Origin: Octopus bimaculoides
Taxonomy: Eukaryota
Direction: 5' to 3'
DNA length: 64,000 nt
Assembly (NCBI RefSeq): GCF_001194135.2
Contig: NC_068982.1
Span: 38,566,821 to 38,630,820, forward strand
The notes under the pieces are model-generated. The model had not been told where the DNA came from. It did no database searches and saw nothing but the letters and a program-made list of their open reading frames with translations. Positions within the stretch are counted from its first letter, which is position 1. Every line of letters begins with the position of its first letter. Positions 1 to 12,339 of this stretch are shown piece by piece. Made by a program: the position numbers and the translations under genes.

Positions 1-348
1 GGCACATAAGATGTACCATCCTGAGCGTGACCGTTGCCAGTACCGCCTGACTGGCCTTGTAGGGTTTTCGAGCAAGATCGTTGCCAGTGCCCCTGGAATG
101 GCTCTTGTGCGGGTGGCACATAAAAGACACCATTTTCGAGCGTGGCCGTTTTCGTGCGGGTGACACGTAAAAGCACCCACTACACTCTCTGAGTGGTTGG
201 CGTTAGGAAGGGCATCCAGCTGTAGAAACTCTGCCAAATTAGATTGGAGCCTGGTGTTGCCATCCAGTTTCACCAGTCCTCAGTCAAATCGTCCGACCCA
301 TGCTAGCATGGAAAGCGGACGTTAAACGATGATGATGATGATGATGAT
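1..348 (+). mobile_element. RTE-tail retroposon (SINE or LINE 3' end) with internal minisatellite-like units, 5' part outside window
   Basis: Recurrent tail GTTGGCGTTAGGAAGGGCATCCAGCTGTAGAAAC...CCATGCTAGCATGGAAAGCGGACGTTAAAC followed by (GAT)n. The same tail recurs at 25.4, 45.1 and 52.8 kb and follows RTE RT remnants elsewhere. Confidence 0.85.
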
Positions 349-1485
349 AAGAAAAAAGGGGTATACATAATGACAAAGTTTTAAGATTTTCCCTATTGTT
401 GAGTATATCAGATGATGAAGAGTACACAACAAATGGCAAGATGTTGGAACAGACTTGTTCAGCCTATACTTTATGGAAAATGGACAGATAATCATGACAG
501 TGATGAGGATAACAATGATGATGATGAAATAGGCAGTTAAAAATAGAGAGGATAATGGCTAAGCTGCTGGCAGCATATGTAATAATTTCGTTGGAAGTCG
601 TATAATGTAAAGCAAGAAGGGGTTGGGGAGATAACAGATCCTCAAATAAAGCTTGGCTAGGGGATGGAATAAAAATGAACTATATTCACATTTGCTCCTA
701 TTGATAGGCCAATGATTAAGCAATCAATATAAGTAAGTAGGTTAAGGTGTGGTCTATATGCAAATATGTTCACCAGTAGTTTTTCATATATGCCATAGTT
801 AATGATTTTGCTACTATTTAGGGCAATGACTTTTATCTTTATTGAAACTCTATGAAGAAATAGGGTAAAGTTTATGACATGTATCCTGGAAAACAAACAA
901 CCAATGAGTCTGGCTTTTTGAAACATCTGTCATCATCATTATCATATAGTGTCTGTATTCCATACTGGCATTGATTGGACAGTTTGATATGTTCCAACAG
1001 GTCAGAGGAATGTGTTGATCTCTAGTGTCTATCAGTAATTGATAAAGAAGAAAAGGAGGATATTCATAAGGATTTATAATGTTTTTTTGTTTATAATAAT
1101 CTTCATACACAGTAAATATTATAGAAAAACAGTTATAATGATAAAGAAAAAGAGATTTTAGTATGTCAAAGAGAGCCATTTTGAGAGCAGAAAATCTGAA
1201 GATGGCCAAGATATCATTGAAACCAGTTTAAAAAGAAAAGAGGGGGCTTAAATTTGGGAGTTTAACTTTTTCAATTTTATTAAAACCCTGTTAATTGTAG
1301 AGATGGTGATTTTATTTTTAATAATCATGTGTTATTAAATGCTTGCAAGTACAGCTGTATGGTTTACAAGTTTCCTTTCCAACCATATGGTTCGAGGTCA
1401 GTGTTTTCTATTATAGCCGACCAAAGCCTCACAAGTGGATTTAGTAAGTAGGAACTGAAAGAAGCTAGTTAAATATGCGTGTATA

Positions 1486-1870
1486 GGTGCAGGAGTGGCT
1501 GTGTGGTCAGAAGTTTGCTTCCCAACTGCATGGCACATTGGGCAAGTGTCACCTACTATAGCCTTTGACTGATCAAAGCCTTGTGAATGGATTCAGTAGA
1601 CAGAAACTGAAAGAAGCCTGTCACATGAGTGTGTCTGTGTGTGTGTGTGTGTGTGCATGTGCATGCTTGCATCTGTGTTTGTCCCCCACTTCTGCTTGAC
1701 AACCAGTGTTGGTATGTTTTCGTCCCTGTAACTTAATGGTTTGGCAAAAGAGATGGAAAAAGTAAGTGCCAGGCTTTGAAAAATGTGCTAGGGTTGATTA
1801 GTCCAATGAAAAATTCTTCAAGACAGAGGTCCAGCATGGCTACAATCTAATGACTAAAGTAAGTAAAAGA
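1486..1870 (+). mobile_element. Near full-length tRNA-head SINE (family A, CORE-like body); partial copy just upstream at about 1345-1465
   Basis: GGTGCAGGAGTGGCTGTGTGG head, TTGGGCAAGTGTC..CTACTATAGCC body, GAAACTGAAAGAAGCC, and tail ending GACTAAAGTAAGTAAAAGA. More than 12 copies in the window. Confidence 0.85.
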
Positions 1871-1900
1871 TAAAAAAAAGGAGATATCTGTCTATCGATA

Positions 1901-1960
<60 letters not shown>

Positions 1961-1971
1961 CATACATACAT
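1901..1971. repeat. Compound microsatellite (TC)n(TA)n(TACA)n
   Basis: Directly visible. Confidence 0.95.
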
Positions 1972-1974
1972 GTT

Positions 1975-2212
1975 TGTGCTTTCCTGTCTTGGCATTACTT
2001 GAAAGTTGTAAATAAGTAAATGAGTGTCACTGTCGCAGGAGAAATGTCAACCATTTCCACTATTCTGTGGAAATGTCTGGTTATGGAAAATATCTTTTTT
2101 TGGAAACAGGTGAGGGTTGGCGACAGGAAAGGCATCTTGCCATAGAAAAAATCTGTTGAAAAACAAACTGTCTGACCCATGCAAGCATGAAAAAGGATGA
2201 TGATGATGGATG
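1975..2212 (+). mobile_element. Interspersed repeat family C (GGAAACAGGTGAGGGTTGGCGACAGGAAGGGCATC motif, RTE-like tail)
   Basis: Homologous copies at about 7175-7335(-), 13500-14130(-), 14720-14855(-), 21810-21985, 29260-29500, 36490-36710, 42090-42315 and 54020-54232. Confidence 0.75.
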
Positions 2213-2766
2213 TATATAAAATATCTATTTCTATCTGTTAACATGTGTACTTTTGTGCTGTGTTTGACTTTGTTAAATAAAAACAACAACAACATTATTG
2301 TTGTTTAGTTTTCAGGTCAGCCCTAACACTTAAGGTCAAAGATATATATATATATATATATATTCCAGGCATGATCATCTCATCATTTTGCAAATCAAGG
2401 AAAATATTACCTAACGTAAACTTTCTTTAAGAAATTAGGTTGTGATTTGAGGGGATTTTGGTTGCGATTTCTACTATGTTAAGCTATCATGAAAAGGCTC
2501 CTTAACTGGTTCCTGTATCTGTGTATCAAATATTTTTGTAGGTATCAACCTGGTTTCACAACAATAAACATATTTTCAGATGAATTGTATAAAAAATAAA
2601 TTGTATAAGAATGCTGTTCAGAAGACTAACAGAAAGAATTATGATGCTACCCAGGGTGCACTCTTCAAGCACAGTATTGCTGCAACACAGTCTCATTAGT
2701 TTCAGGATGCATAACAGTCAATGAAGTAATTTGTGTGTGTGTGGGTATGTGAAGAGAGAATATATA

Positions 2767-2902
<136 letters not shown>

Positions 2903-3599
2903 AAGAGAGAACATAATCTGTTATAAGTTCCATATAATGTGATAAACATAAACTTCTATTTAAGACTTGAACCTGCGTAACGAGTGCTTAGCTATTGATT
3001 TCTAATAAACGTATAATCAGCTTTCTCCCCACCACATACACACACACACACATTCCCTTCAAAATATTTTAATTGCTTATGTGTTTCTTTCTTCCTAGAT
3101 CTTATGCAGAGGTTAAATCCCCTACCCCACCACACATGTGTGTGTTTGTACACATAAACATACATATACAAACATACACACATACATACACACACACACA
3201 TACATACATGCATACATACATACACATACATACATATTAAGTAATGGGTTTTAAACTTAAAAACCTTATTAAGGTTGTTGTTCTTTTTTAATACTTGAGA
3301 CACGTTTATTGAAAATCGTCTCACTATCTTTGACTAAGTTTAAACAACATTTTTTTAATTATAAATGATGAATATATTTCTAGATATACAAATTTATCAA
3401 AAGACTGAAAAATAAGTCTTAACTCTTAACAACCCCGTCCGTTTTACTGTAAATAGTTGCCAGCAAATTCTTGTACAAACATGAGCTTGCAGATAGTGTA
3501 TACTAACTATAAAGTAAAGCACTGAGTTTATTTACAGATAAACTAATAAGTAGGTATACATAGGTGAATAAAAATAAACAAATATGAACTAGCAAAATA

Positions 3600-4433
3600 C
3601 AAAGTGAATTCCAGAAGTTTTGAGACTTGTTTAGGGGAGGCAGTTACAACTGTTCTAGATTATTGTAATTTTAGTACATATATCATTACTATACATTAAA
3701 CATTATACAACTTATAACAAACTACTAGACAGAGGTGGGCATCAAAACTCTTCTTCACCCACCCTACAGGCTAAACCTTGTTCTCTGTGACTTTTGGTTG
3801 TTACCCAAGCTGAATGAGAACCTCGAGGGCAATTGTTTTGAAGATGAAAGAGGCTGTGACAAGGGTCCTACTCTCTCGTTTTACTTGTTTCAGTCATTTG
3901 ACTGTGGCCATGCTGGAGCACCGCCTTTAGTCGAGCATATCGACCCCAGGACTTATTCTTTGTAAGCCTAGTACTTATTCTATCGGTCTCTTTTGCCGAA
4001 CCGCTAAGTTACGGGGACGTAAACACACCAGCATCGGTTGTCAAGCGATGCTGGGGGACAAACACAGACACACAAACATATACATGTATATGACGGGCTT
4101 CTTTCAGTTTCCATCTACCAAATCCACTTACAAGGCTTTGGGCGGTCCGAGGCTATAGCAGAAGACACTTGCCCAAGGTGCCACGCAGTGGGACTGAACC
4201 CGGAACCATGTGGTTGGTAAGCAAGCTACTTACCACACAGCCACTCCTACGCTGATATGTTCTGGACATCTTCACTATAGAAGAATTCCATAGGGCCTTC
4301 ACAAAGTGGCTGGAGTGTTACAATAAATGCATTGAAATCAGAGGATCCTATTTTGAAGATCAGAATTTTGTACTCCTTTGAAATTAATACATGACTCCTG
4401 AAAAAAGTCTGAAAATTTCTGGAATGCACATTG
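3600..4433 (+). mobile_element. Internally deleted mariner (Tc1/mariner) element with nested SINE
   Basis: TIRs CAAAGTGAATTCCAGAAGTTTTGAGACTT (3600-3628) and AAGTCTGAAAATTTCTGGAATGCACATTG (4405-4433), flanked by TA at 3598-99 and 4434-35. Transposase C-terminal remnants HPPYRLNLVLCDFWLLPKL (HPPYSPDLAP-like) and VLDIFTIEEFHRAFTKWLECYNKCIEIRGSYFED. Confidence 0.9.
3871..4252 (-). mobile_element. Full-length, relatively intact family A SINE inserted into the mariner
   Basis: Reverse complement of the 1486-1870 family. It splits the transposase C-terminus and retains many CpGs. Confidence 0.9.
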
Positions 4434-4564
4434 TAGTTACTTTTGTTTTTTTTGTTTTGTAACACAGATTAAAGTGAGATTTTTAGTGAAGCAACTTTGT
4501 TTAAAATAACAAGATTTTAGTAATTTTAGGTTTTGCTGTTAATATCAAAGTTAAGAGTGAACAA

Positions 4565-5345
4565 CAGTGGGTGGCAGACTTAGTAGAACATCAAACAAAA
4601 GCCTTGCAATATTTAGATCAGGGTTCCAATCCTGCTAGTCAACCTTCATTTTCATCTTTTCGAAGTTGATAAAATAAGTATCATTCAAGTAACAAAGTCA
4701 ATTTGATTACAGCTTCTCAAAATAATTTGCAGTCATGTGCAAAAGTAAGAAATCATTATTATAGCTAAAAGGAAAGAAGTCAAGTAACGGGAAAATAGCT
4801 GGTAGAATCATTACTGAATAAAATGCTTAGCAGCATTTCTTCTATCTCTCTACATTCTGAGTTCAAATGCCACCAAGGTCAATGCTGTTTGTCATCCTTT
4901 CAGATTTGATAAAATAAACACAGTTTAACAGTGGGTGGATGGGTGGGAGTCAATGCGATCCCTTTCTCCTCCCCTCAAAATTGTTGGCCTTGTGCCAAAA
5001 TCAGAGAGAATCATTTAGTTTCATTCTTCTACAATCTAATTTCTAATTTCACTGATCTTAACTGTACCTTTTGCTCTTCTGGAATCAACAAAATAAATAC
5101 CAATCATGTATCGAAATTTCAGATGATTAACTATACTCTGTGTAAAGGTAGATTAGTCAAGAAGTTTACATTGCAATCATGAGGGCCTGGATTCAGTGCC
5201 AATGTGGGGCATCTTAGTTTAAAGCATACCAAGGTTAACTTTGTTTTTCATCCTTTTAAAGAAGATAGAAAAGTACTATTTAAGTACCAAGGTTGAAATA
5301 GTTAAATGTTTCCATCCCACCCTGCTATAGCTTGTAAAGGGCTGT
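4565..5345 (+). mobile_element. Cluster of three degenerate Nin-domain-like SINEs (family D)
   Basis: GTTCAAAT..GCC..GGTCAAC/GACTTTG..TTTCATCCTTT....GTTGATAAAATAAGTA motif at about 4565-4765, 4785-5005 and 5170-5345. Confidence 0.65.
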
Positions 5346-5468
5346 TACCAGTACTGCTGCCATTCATTATCCAGCCCCTCCTCTTCCCCTTCCTCATCCT
5401 TCTCCTCTGTTTGCTGCTCACTCACTGTTCCCACAGATCCAGAAATGGTCATTTAGCCCATATAACTA

Positions 5469-5695
5469 TTAACTGTTTAGCATTTAAACTAGCCTTATCT
5501 ACCCCAAAGATTCTACCTGTTTTATGTTGCAACAGGCCAAATCTGGCCTCTCAGACCCATCCTGCTAGGTGATTTTAAAAATAAACAATTACATCATTGA
5601 AATCTCAAGCTATGAGATAATGAATGAATAATTCAAAACAATGTGAATAAATAAGCAATACACTTGACAAAGTAATCTGGCTGCTAAAAGGATAA
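5469..5695. mobile_element. TTAA-flanked MITE (piggyBac-like), degenerate
   Basis: Ends TTAACTGTTTAGCA and TGCTAAAAGGATAA are imperfect inverted repeats about 225 bp apart. Confidence 0.55.
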
Positions 5696-6072
5696 ACTTT
5701 CTACAGCATAATTGTCAACCTCTAATATGTCAGGAAAAAAAAAAAAAGAGGGGGAGAGGTGGAAGAAGAAAAAAAACACACCAGTAATTTTTTTAACTAT
5801 ACAAGGAAAGATACCACAGAGTATTTTTACCATACTCAAACTTTATTTTTATTAGTAATAGTAAAGGATCAGCAGTGGTTAAGGTACAATAATTTTCAGA
5901 AATTTAAAACCAATTAAAACCTTTATCTATCCCTTGTGCCTCTATAAGAAATAATTATTATAGCTAACCTCTTGTAGTAAACAGTATAGAATATGAGACA
6001 AGACCCTGGGCAGTCAGAGTCTGTGAACTGGTTTCAATTCCAAGCTGAAATTAAACAACTTCTCTTACACAG

Positions 6073-6163
6073 ATACCATAATTGAGAAATTTATGAAAAT
6101 TATGAATACTGCATATGTAGTATTCATTTCCTCTTTTAAAAAGATATCTGACCTCACATTGAA
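6073..6163 (+). CDS. Candidate isolated internal exon (xTIIEKFMKIMNTAYVVFISSFKKISDLTL)
   Basis: Acceptor CTTCTCTTACACAG, donor AA|GTAAGA, only one open frame. No homology recognised. Confidence 0.25.
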
Positions 6164-6580
6164 GTAAGATATCATGTTAACTGTGTTGGAAGCAGAACAC
6201 TCACAAGGTAACATAGCACAGGTTTGAATTCTTTTAAGTAGACCACCTTAGTAAATCAATGTTTCATGTTCAAATCTTGCCAAAGCCGTGATTGTCTTTC
6301 ATATGCACAAATGAAGTGTGATCAATTAAATGAAATATAACCCCTTGCCTAGAAAATTGGCCAAGTGCCCAGAAAAAAATGAGGAAAAAAAAATCATTAC
6401 TACTGCCAAGGAAACCATGACCATAATTAATTAAAGGAGGTAATCAATACTATCCCTCCACCCACACAAATTATGTAGTGTTGTATGTGTCTGTGTGTTT
6501 AAGTATGAGCACAAATGTGTGCACAAATAGTGCATGCAGAATGTATAGCAGTAGTACAGAATAATAAATAAATAAATAAT

Positions 6581-6776
6581 GGAATAAAATAAATATATGT
6601 GTGTGTGTGTATGTCTTTGTGTGTGTGTGTATAGATAATATATATATATATATATATAAACGTATATGTCAGTGGGAATAAAATAAATATATGTATGTCT
6701 GTGTATATATGTGTGTGTGTGAGAGTGTGTGTGTGTATAGATAGTATCTATATATATATAAACGTATATGTCAGTG
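6581..6776. repeat. Two-copy tandem duplication of a microsatellite-rich unit of about 95-100 bp
   Basis: GGAATAAAATAAATATATGT...AAACGTATATGTCAGTG occurs at 6581-6674 and 6675-6776. Confidence 0.9.
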
Positions 6777-7479
6777 TCTGCATGTATGCATTATTTGTAA
6801 GTACATATGTGTGTGTATATATATAGACACACACACATTTATATATATACACACACACACACACATATATATATACATACACAGAAACACACATATTTGT
6901 GTGTGGGTGTGAGGGCTTTTTTTTTGTTTTGTTTCATCTCTGTCACGTTTAAAATGACAATGGTGTTTTGATTTTCATATTTCAATTGCATTTCCTGATG
7001 AAACAGTTTACTCATCATACTCAAATTAATTGATTATGTATTTTCATATATTAATTATGTAATGATTATATGGCTACGGATGATTGTATTTTAACAGTGG
7101 AAACAGCTGTAGAACTTAAGAATGAAATTTTGAAATATCAGGGAGATCATTGCTTTTTGTTCATACTTGCTCCATCATCATTATTTTAATGTCCACTTTC
7201 CCCATACACACATGGGTTAAATGGAATTTGTTGAGGCAGATTTTCTACAGCTAGACTCACTTCCTTTCAGCATCCCTCAACTGTTTCTAAGTAAGGTAAT
7301 ATTTCTCCATGACCAGACATGCTTTTACAGAAAGCAAAACAGGGTACATCAGTTTGATGCTTGAGAAAAATGGGAAAGGTCCTTGATGCTTCAATCCTAC
7401 ACTCTTCTACATAAAGGAATGGGGGAAAAAAACAGAGGGAAAGAAAAAAAAAATGGAGAGGAAAAAACGTCTATATATA

Positions 7480-7630
7480 TACACACATGCAACAAGCTTC
7501 TTTCCATTCAGAAAGCCTTGGTTGGGTTGGGGATATAGTAGAAGACACTTGCCCAAGGTGCCGTACAATAGGACTGAATGCAAAACCATGTGGTTGGGAG
7601 GCAAACTTCTTACCAAAAGTCATGCAATGT
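7480..7630 (-). mobile_element. Family A SINE 5' portion
   Basis: GAAGACACTTGCCCAAGGTGCC...ACCATGTGGTTGGGAGGCAAACTTCTTACC. Further minus copies at about 11100-11255, 15130-15285, 24245-24330 and 34425-34590. Confidence 0.8.
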
Positions 7631-7865
7631 AAGTAATGGAGAAGAAAGTGAGAAATCAACAGCACACTGAAGATTGATAATTTCTGGTAATAGAATGGTT
7701 AGTGTTAATACGGTACTAATGGTTTCATGCTGAATCTTAGCAATTTTTAGCAATTATTCAACTGCAGAAAGAAAGGGTTAATTAAACTGGATAATGGGAT
7801 GTGAACATTTAGGGATTATACTAAAAGCTATTTCCCTTGTTCTGATTGTTTTGCAAATCACTCAC

Positions 7866-7954
7866 AACTTTGATATGCAAACTTTTATGCATAGATATGA
7901 TATATGATATGAAAACTCTATCACCATGTAGATTCAGAATAGTTGACTGATATT
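7866..7954 (-). CDS. Candidate internal exon (xYQSTILNLHGDRVFISYIISMHKSLHIKV)
   Basis: Acceptor CATATCTTCATACAG, donor GTT|GTGAGT, single open frame, phase 1 to 0. It lies between the inverted-repeat arms, so it may be spurious. Confidence 0.3.
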
Positions 7955-8600
7955 CTGTATGAAGATATGTACTGGAATATGTATATGCACAAATACAAAC
8001 ATATTGGTAGGGCATTGTATACACATACAGAAAAGAATAATGGTAGTATTACAATTGTATGACAGCAGTTGTGCTCAATTCTACATATAGTCACTCAGGT
8101 ATATGATATGCATTACTGATGTGCTATAAAGTTCATTGGAATGTTTGTATGCATATGTACACCCAAGGGTGTATAAATCTCACTCACACAAATGCATAAT
8201 CACACATCATTGTTGATCCGAATATGTAATTATAGAAAATTCATGTAACAAGTAATAATATGCATTCAATTATATGTAGAAGTCAACAAACTGTGCATAA
8301 TATGATATAAATTATAAGTGCAAAATACATGTAAGAACCTGTAGAGTGCAGCATGACATGGCTTCTATTGACCCAGTGCGACAGTGGAAAGGTAGTAAAT
8401 TAGGTGACAAGGTAGCGATTATCTATAATAGGAATGAGTTTGCAGAGATAAATAAGTTTTTATAGAGCAATATACTGAGAAGAATAAAAAGAATAAAAAG
8501 CAAAGATCTCACTAATATTTGAAAATTTCATTTTTAAGTCCCACAGCTGTTTTTAGAGCTAAAATACAAACATTATCATTCATATAATAATTACATAATT

Positions 8601-8929
8601 GGGTAATGGGTAAAGACATCCTTCAGTCATGAATGACCATGGGATTGCCCCTAGAAAGTTCCCCTCCAAGGCACAAGTCCAGGCAAGGTTGTTCATAGAA
8701 GACCAGCAGTCGCCCATGTATATCAACCTCCCCGCTTTATGCCAATGATGTTCTCCAAGAGAAAGCCAAAGGTGATGTTGCAACTCATTTCTACAGCTGA
8801 GTGAACTGGAGCAACATGAAATAAAGTGTCTTGCTCAAGAACACAAACACAGCCTCGTCTGGGAATCGAACTCACTACCTCATGATTGTGAGCCTGATGC
8901 TCTAACCACTGAGCCATGCGCCTTCACAT
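8601..8929 (-). mobile_element. tRNA-head SINE family B (CORE-like body) with 11-bp TSD
   Basis: Minus-strand head GTGAAGGCGCATGGCTCAGTGGTTAGAGC (A box) ... GAGTTCGATTCCC (B box); body CTTGAGCAAGACACTTTATTTC. TSD ATTACATAATT at 8590-8600 and 8930-8940. Confidence 0.9.
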
Positions 8930-9189
8930 ATTACATAATTAACATGTAAAAATATGTAATTAATATGTGTGTGTGTGTATGTTATATATTTATATATGCT
9001 ATATATACATGCAATCTCAACTTTACCAGTGAATACACTTAACATGAAGGAGTAAACATTTACAACTCGTTCACATACAAAACAATTCAAACTGCAAAAC
9101 TTCAAATATGTTTCAGTCCTTACCAAACAACAAATCTAACCTGACTAACCCAGATCTTTCCAACCCACCATCCCTTTCACCGCTAAATA

Positions 9190-9560
9190 CATCATCCATT
9201 CCAACATACAACAAACTAATTACATCATTATACCATTCACCACCATGTCAAACTAATTGGATGTTACCCTGTAAATATAGCTGAAATTGATGCATAAAGC
9301 TTGTGCAGAACACTCCTGCTCAGATAATTCAATAAAAATTGAGGAAAAGCAGTAACTTTACAATGGGGTTAAATTTGGAGTTTGTATTTTTAGGTAGTGC
9401 ACAAACCAATTATTGTAGCATACCAGCTGTCTTGTACAGGACTTTTTGTAAATAGTTATCAAACTTTTATTTTTTTTAATGGAGTGGGTGGTGATTTTAA
9501 TTGCTATTGTGGTGAATGGTGTAATAGCGTTCTTTGTTGTTGGGATGGTTGAAGGATTTG
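9190..9560. repeat. Imperfect inverted repeat (arms about 9190-9255 and 9500-9560)
   Basis: CCATTCCAACA...CATTATACCATTCACCACCATGTCAA versus reverse complement CCATCCCAACA...TATTACACCATTCACCACAATAGCAA. Confidence 0.55.
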
Positions 9561-9651
9561 GAGAGGGGAAGGGCAGAAAGTTGTCATTTATATGCATAAA
9601 TATGTTGCTCTTTTAACCCTATCGAACACAGACTTGGTCTGTGATATATTG

Positions 9652-9998
9652 AGGAAGGAAGGAAGGACCTCCTTTGGTCATGAATGACCATGGGATTGCA
9701 CTTAGAAAGTTATTCTCCGAGGCACAAGTCTGGGCAAGGTATTTTATGGAAGACTAGCAGTCGCCGATGAATACCAGCCTCCCCTCTCCATGCCACTGAT
9801 GTTATCTGAGGGAAAGGTAAAGATCGATACAATTTGGCACCAGTGACATCGTAACTCATTTCTATAGCTGAGTGAACTGAAGCAACATGAGATAAAGTGT
9901 CTTGCTCAAGAACAAAAAACACAGCCTGGTCCAGGAATTGATCTCACTACCTCATGATTGTGAGCCTTATGCTCTAACCATTCAGCCATGCACCTTCA
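9652..9998 (-). mobile_element. Family B SINE, second copy
   Basis: Colinear with 8601-8929 and 32828-33165. Confidence 0.9.
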
Positions 9999-10019
9999 GA
10001 TAAATAGTACATATAAGGA

Positions 10020-11045
10020 ACTCCATGTGGTAGTATGTACATCATATCCATCTTTGCCTCAAATCATAATGGTAAGTTTGAGGAGGGCTTTATATTGAGA
10101 AAAGAAGTGTTAACAAAATTATATCAGCACATCAATCTACTTCTGTTGGACGACTTCAACTTTTCAAGCATCAAATTACCCAAAAGAATGTCATGTGATG
10201 AACAAAATCAGTATCTCACTAAAATGATGTTCATGGAGCAATAATACTTTACCTGATCATGAATAACAACATCATGGAACTGATAACCTAGAATTCATCT
10301 ACATGTGGAGATAAGACAATTTTGTAAAGACCATAATACAATAAAATCAAAGCTAATCAAAGATTTATGCTACAGAGGAAGGAACTAATTCCTCTCCAGT
10401 CAGAACTACTACAAGGCTGTTTGGAAATCAGTTTAAAAATAGAAGGTGAAACAAAATTGGCCAAAAAATATTCCTGTGGAAGACAATAACATGAAACTTA
10501 AATTTTTGTCAGTAATGCATGCCATATGCATTAAATTTTCCCAAGAGACAGGAAAGCTGTTATGAGACAAAGAATAAAGATTTCAAATTGCTTAAATATA
10601 CAATTTAATGAGAGCAAGAAGTCCCACTTAAAAATAGTATTTTCAGAAAAGAAAATAAACTCAAATTCTACAATGAAAAGAAGAGGGAAGAAAAGGGAAC
10701 TGAAACAGTTGAAAATATAAAGATAAAACCTACAGCCATCTACAAAATTATAAAAAAATTCATCTCAGTTTGAAGAACATGGTTCACTGACTGCAAACTG
10801 ACAAAGGCTAAATGAAATACTAAATAAGCAATTCCATAGAGTTTCCTACTGGGAAATATGCAAATAAATAAGCCTAATGAGTTCTTCAACACTGTAATTT
10901 TACACAAGGAAAAGGCAGCTATTGATCATTGGTGGAGGATGTAGTATCAGCCATTGATAAGACAAACTTGAGCTCAGCAAAGGGCTCTCATGGTTTTCCA
11001 ATTAATCTTTTAAAAACATGCAAGAAAGCTCTGGCAAAAACTACT
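10020..11045 (+). mobile_element. Decayed CR1/L2-like LINE ORF2 fragment (APE endonuclease end to RT start)
   Basis: LLLDDFNF (GDFN-like motif), MFMEQ, and AIDKTNLSSAKGSHGFPINLLKTCKKALAK (SAPGPDG-like motif). Many stops; ends abruptly at (CA)n. Confidence 0.7.
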
Positions 11046-11319
11046 GCACACACACACACACACACACACACGCTACAGGCTGGCACACATATGTACATAC
11101 ATAAGGCCTCCTTCAGTTTCTGTCTATTTAATCCATTCTTTAGTTGGTGTAGGTCTATAGTAGAAGAGACTTAGCAATGGTGGTGTGTAGAGGAACTGAA
11201 CCCCAAAACACATGATTTGAAAGTGAACTTTGTAACTACAACCATATGCCTGCATCTAAACATTATATGTATATACATATATGAACGTATGTATAGCTAC
11301 ACACACACACACACACACA

Positions 11320-12320
11320 CTTGTCTATTGCAGTCTTCTGGACCATAACAGAGATTTTAAGACTGGTTATCTATGGGAATACCTATATGCTGATGGTCTT
11401 ATTCTTATAGCTAAATCTGTGGACAATTTGGAGAAATTCCAAATACAGAAGCAAACTATAGAATTGAAGGGTCTTAAAGTATACTTTGTTAAAACTAAAC
11501 TTATGCTAATTAGAAAAGAAGGCAGGACTGTGTTGCCTTCAGGGAAATGGTTATACTCAGTGTGCAGAAAAGAAATAGGTAGAAACTCTAAACAGTGCAT
11601 CCAGTATAAACCTGAGCACATAAGAAGTGTAGTGAGAGCACAGACAGGTTAACAGTAAAGGTAACCCATGACATGTGGTCAGGCGTATGAATCATGAAGA
11701 GCACCTGGGATATAGATTCTCTTAATTACTTGGAAGTTTTCCTGTCACAAAAGTAACCTAATTAGCAATGTGAGTAGCTGCTCTTAAAGAATCATAGCCT
11801 AAGTAAGAACATGGAAAAAGTTAAAGAAGCAACTACATTTGCTAGCAATAAAGGGCTTCTCCCTTAGAGTGAAGGGCAAATGTTTGTATGTAAAATGCTG
11901 CTGAGACTAAGACATAAGCCTTGAATGTAGAGGAATTACAGATGTATAATGTTAGTGTAATGTGTAATGCATGAACAGTACAATACAAATGAGCTGAGGG
12001 AAAAGCTGTGTATAAGAGGAATTAGATGGTGTATGCAAAGAGAAGACTGTATTGGTAAGGGTATGTGATGCATATGATGATTGCAATTGCATAAAATATT
12101 GTGTTAAATGTTCAAAGTGGTGGTACTTGTGGAAGAAGAAAACTTAGAAAATTTATGAGATGAAGTGGTGAAAATTGATATCAAGATGCTGGATTTCAGA
12201 AAAGAGATAACAAAGGAGTGCAGTAATTGGTGATATGGTGCTGTTGGAGAAAACCTGCACTCTGGTGCACACATAGCACAGAGAACACTTAAAAAGAATA
12301 AATATGGATGATGACTGAGT
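11320..12320 (+). mobile_element. Decayed RTE-clade LINE fragment (RT C-half to 3' end)
   Basis: FKTGYLWEYLYADGLILIA (YADD-like), KGLKVYFVKTKLM, GKWLYSVCRKEIGRNSKQC, later LREKL.IRGIRWC and LYW.GYVMHM. Confidence 0.85.
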
Positions 12321-12339
12321 TGCATCCATCCTCAGTTCT

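Larger units (their letters stand above)
7030..8600. repeat. Inverted repeat pair (arms about 7030-7162 and 8491-8600); possibly the long TIRs of a non-autonomous DNA transposon
   Basis: AAACAGCTGTAGAACTTAAGAATGAAATTTTGAAATATCAGGGAGATCATTGCTTTTTGTTC versus reverse complement AAACAGCTGTGGGACTTAAAAATGAAATTTTCAAATATTAGTGAGATCTTTGCTTTTTATTC. Similarity continues past the SINE inserted at 8601-8929. Confidence 0.8.

Noticed and set aside
850-1209. 119-aa minus ORF and weak piggyBac-like Cys remnants on +
   Set aside because: No recognisable motif with adequate support; the composition is typical of AT-rich non-coding DNA.
7098-7190. Apparent plus exon ETAVELKNEILKYQ
   Set aside because: No GT donor, and the sequence is one arm of the 7.0/8.5 kb inverted repeat.
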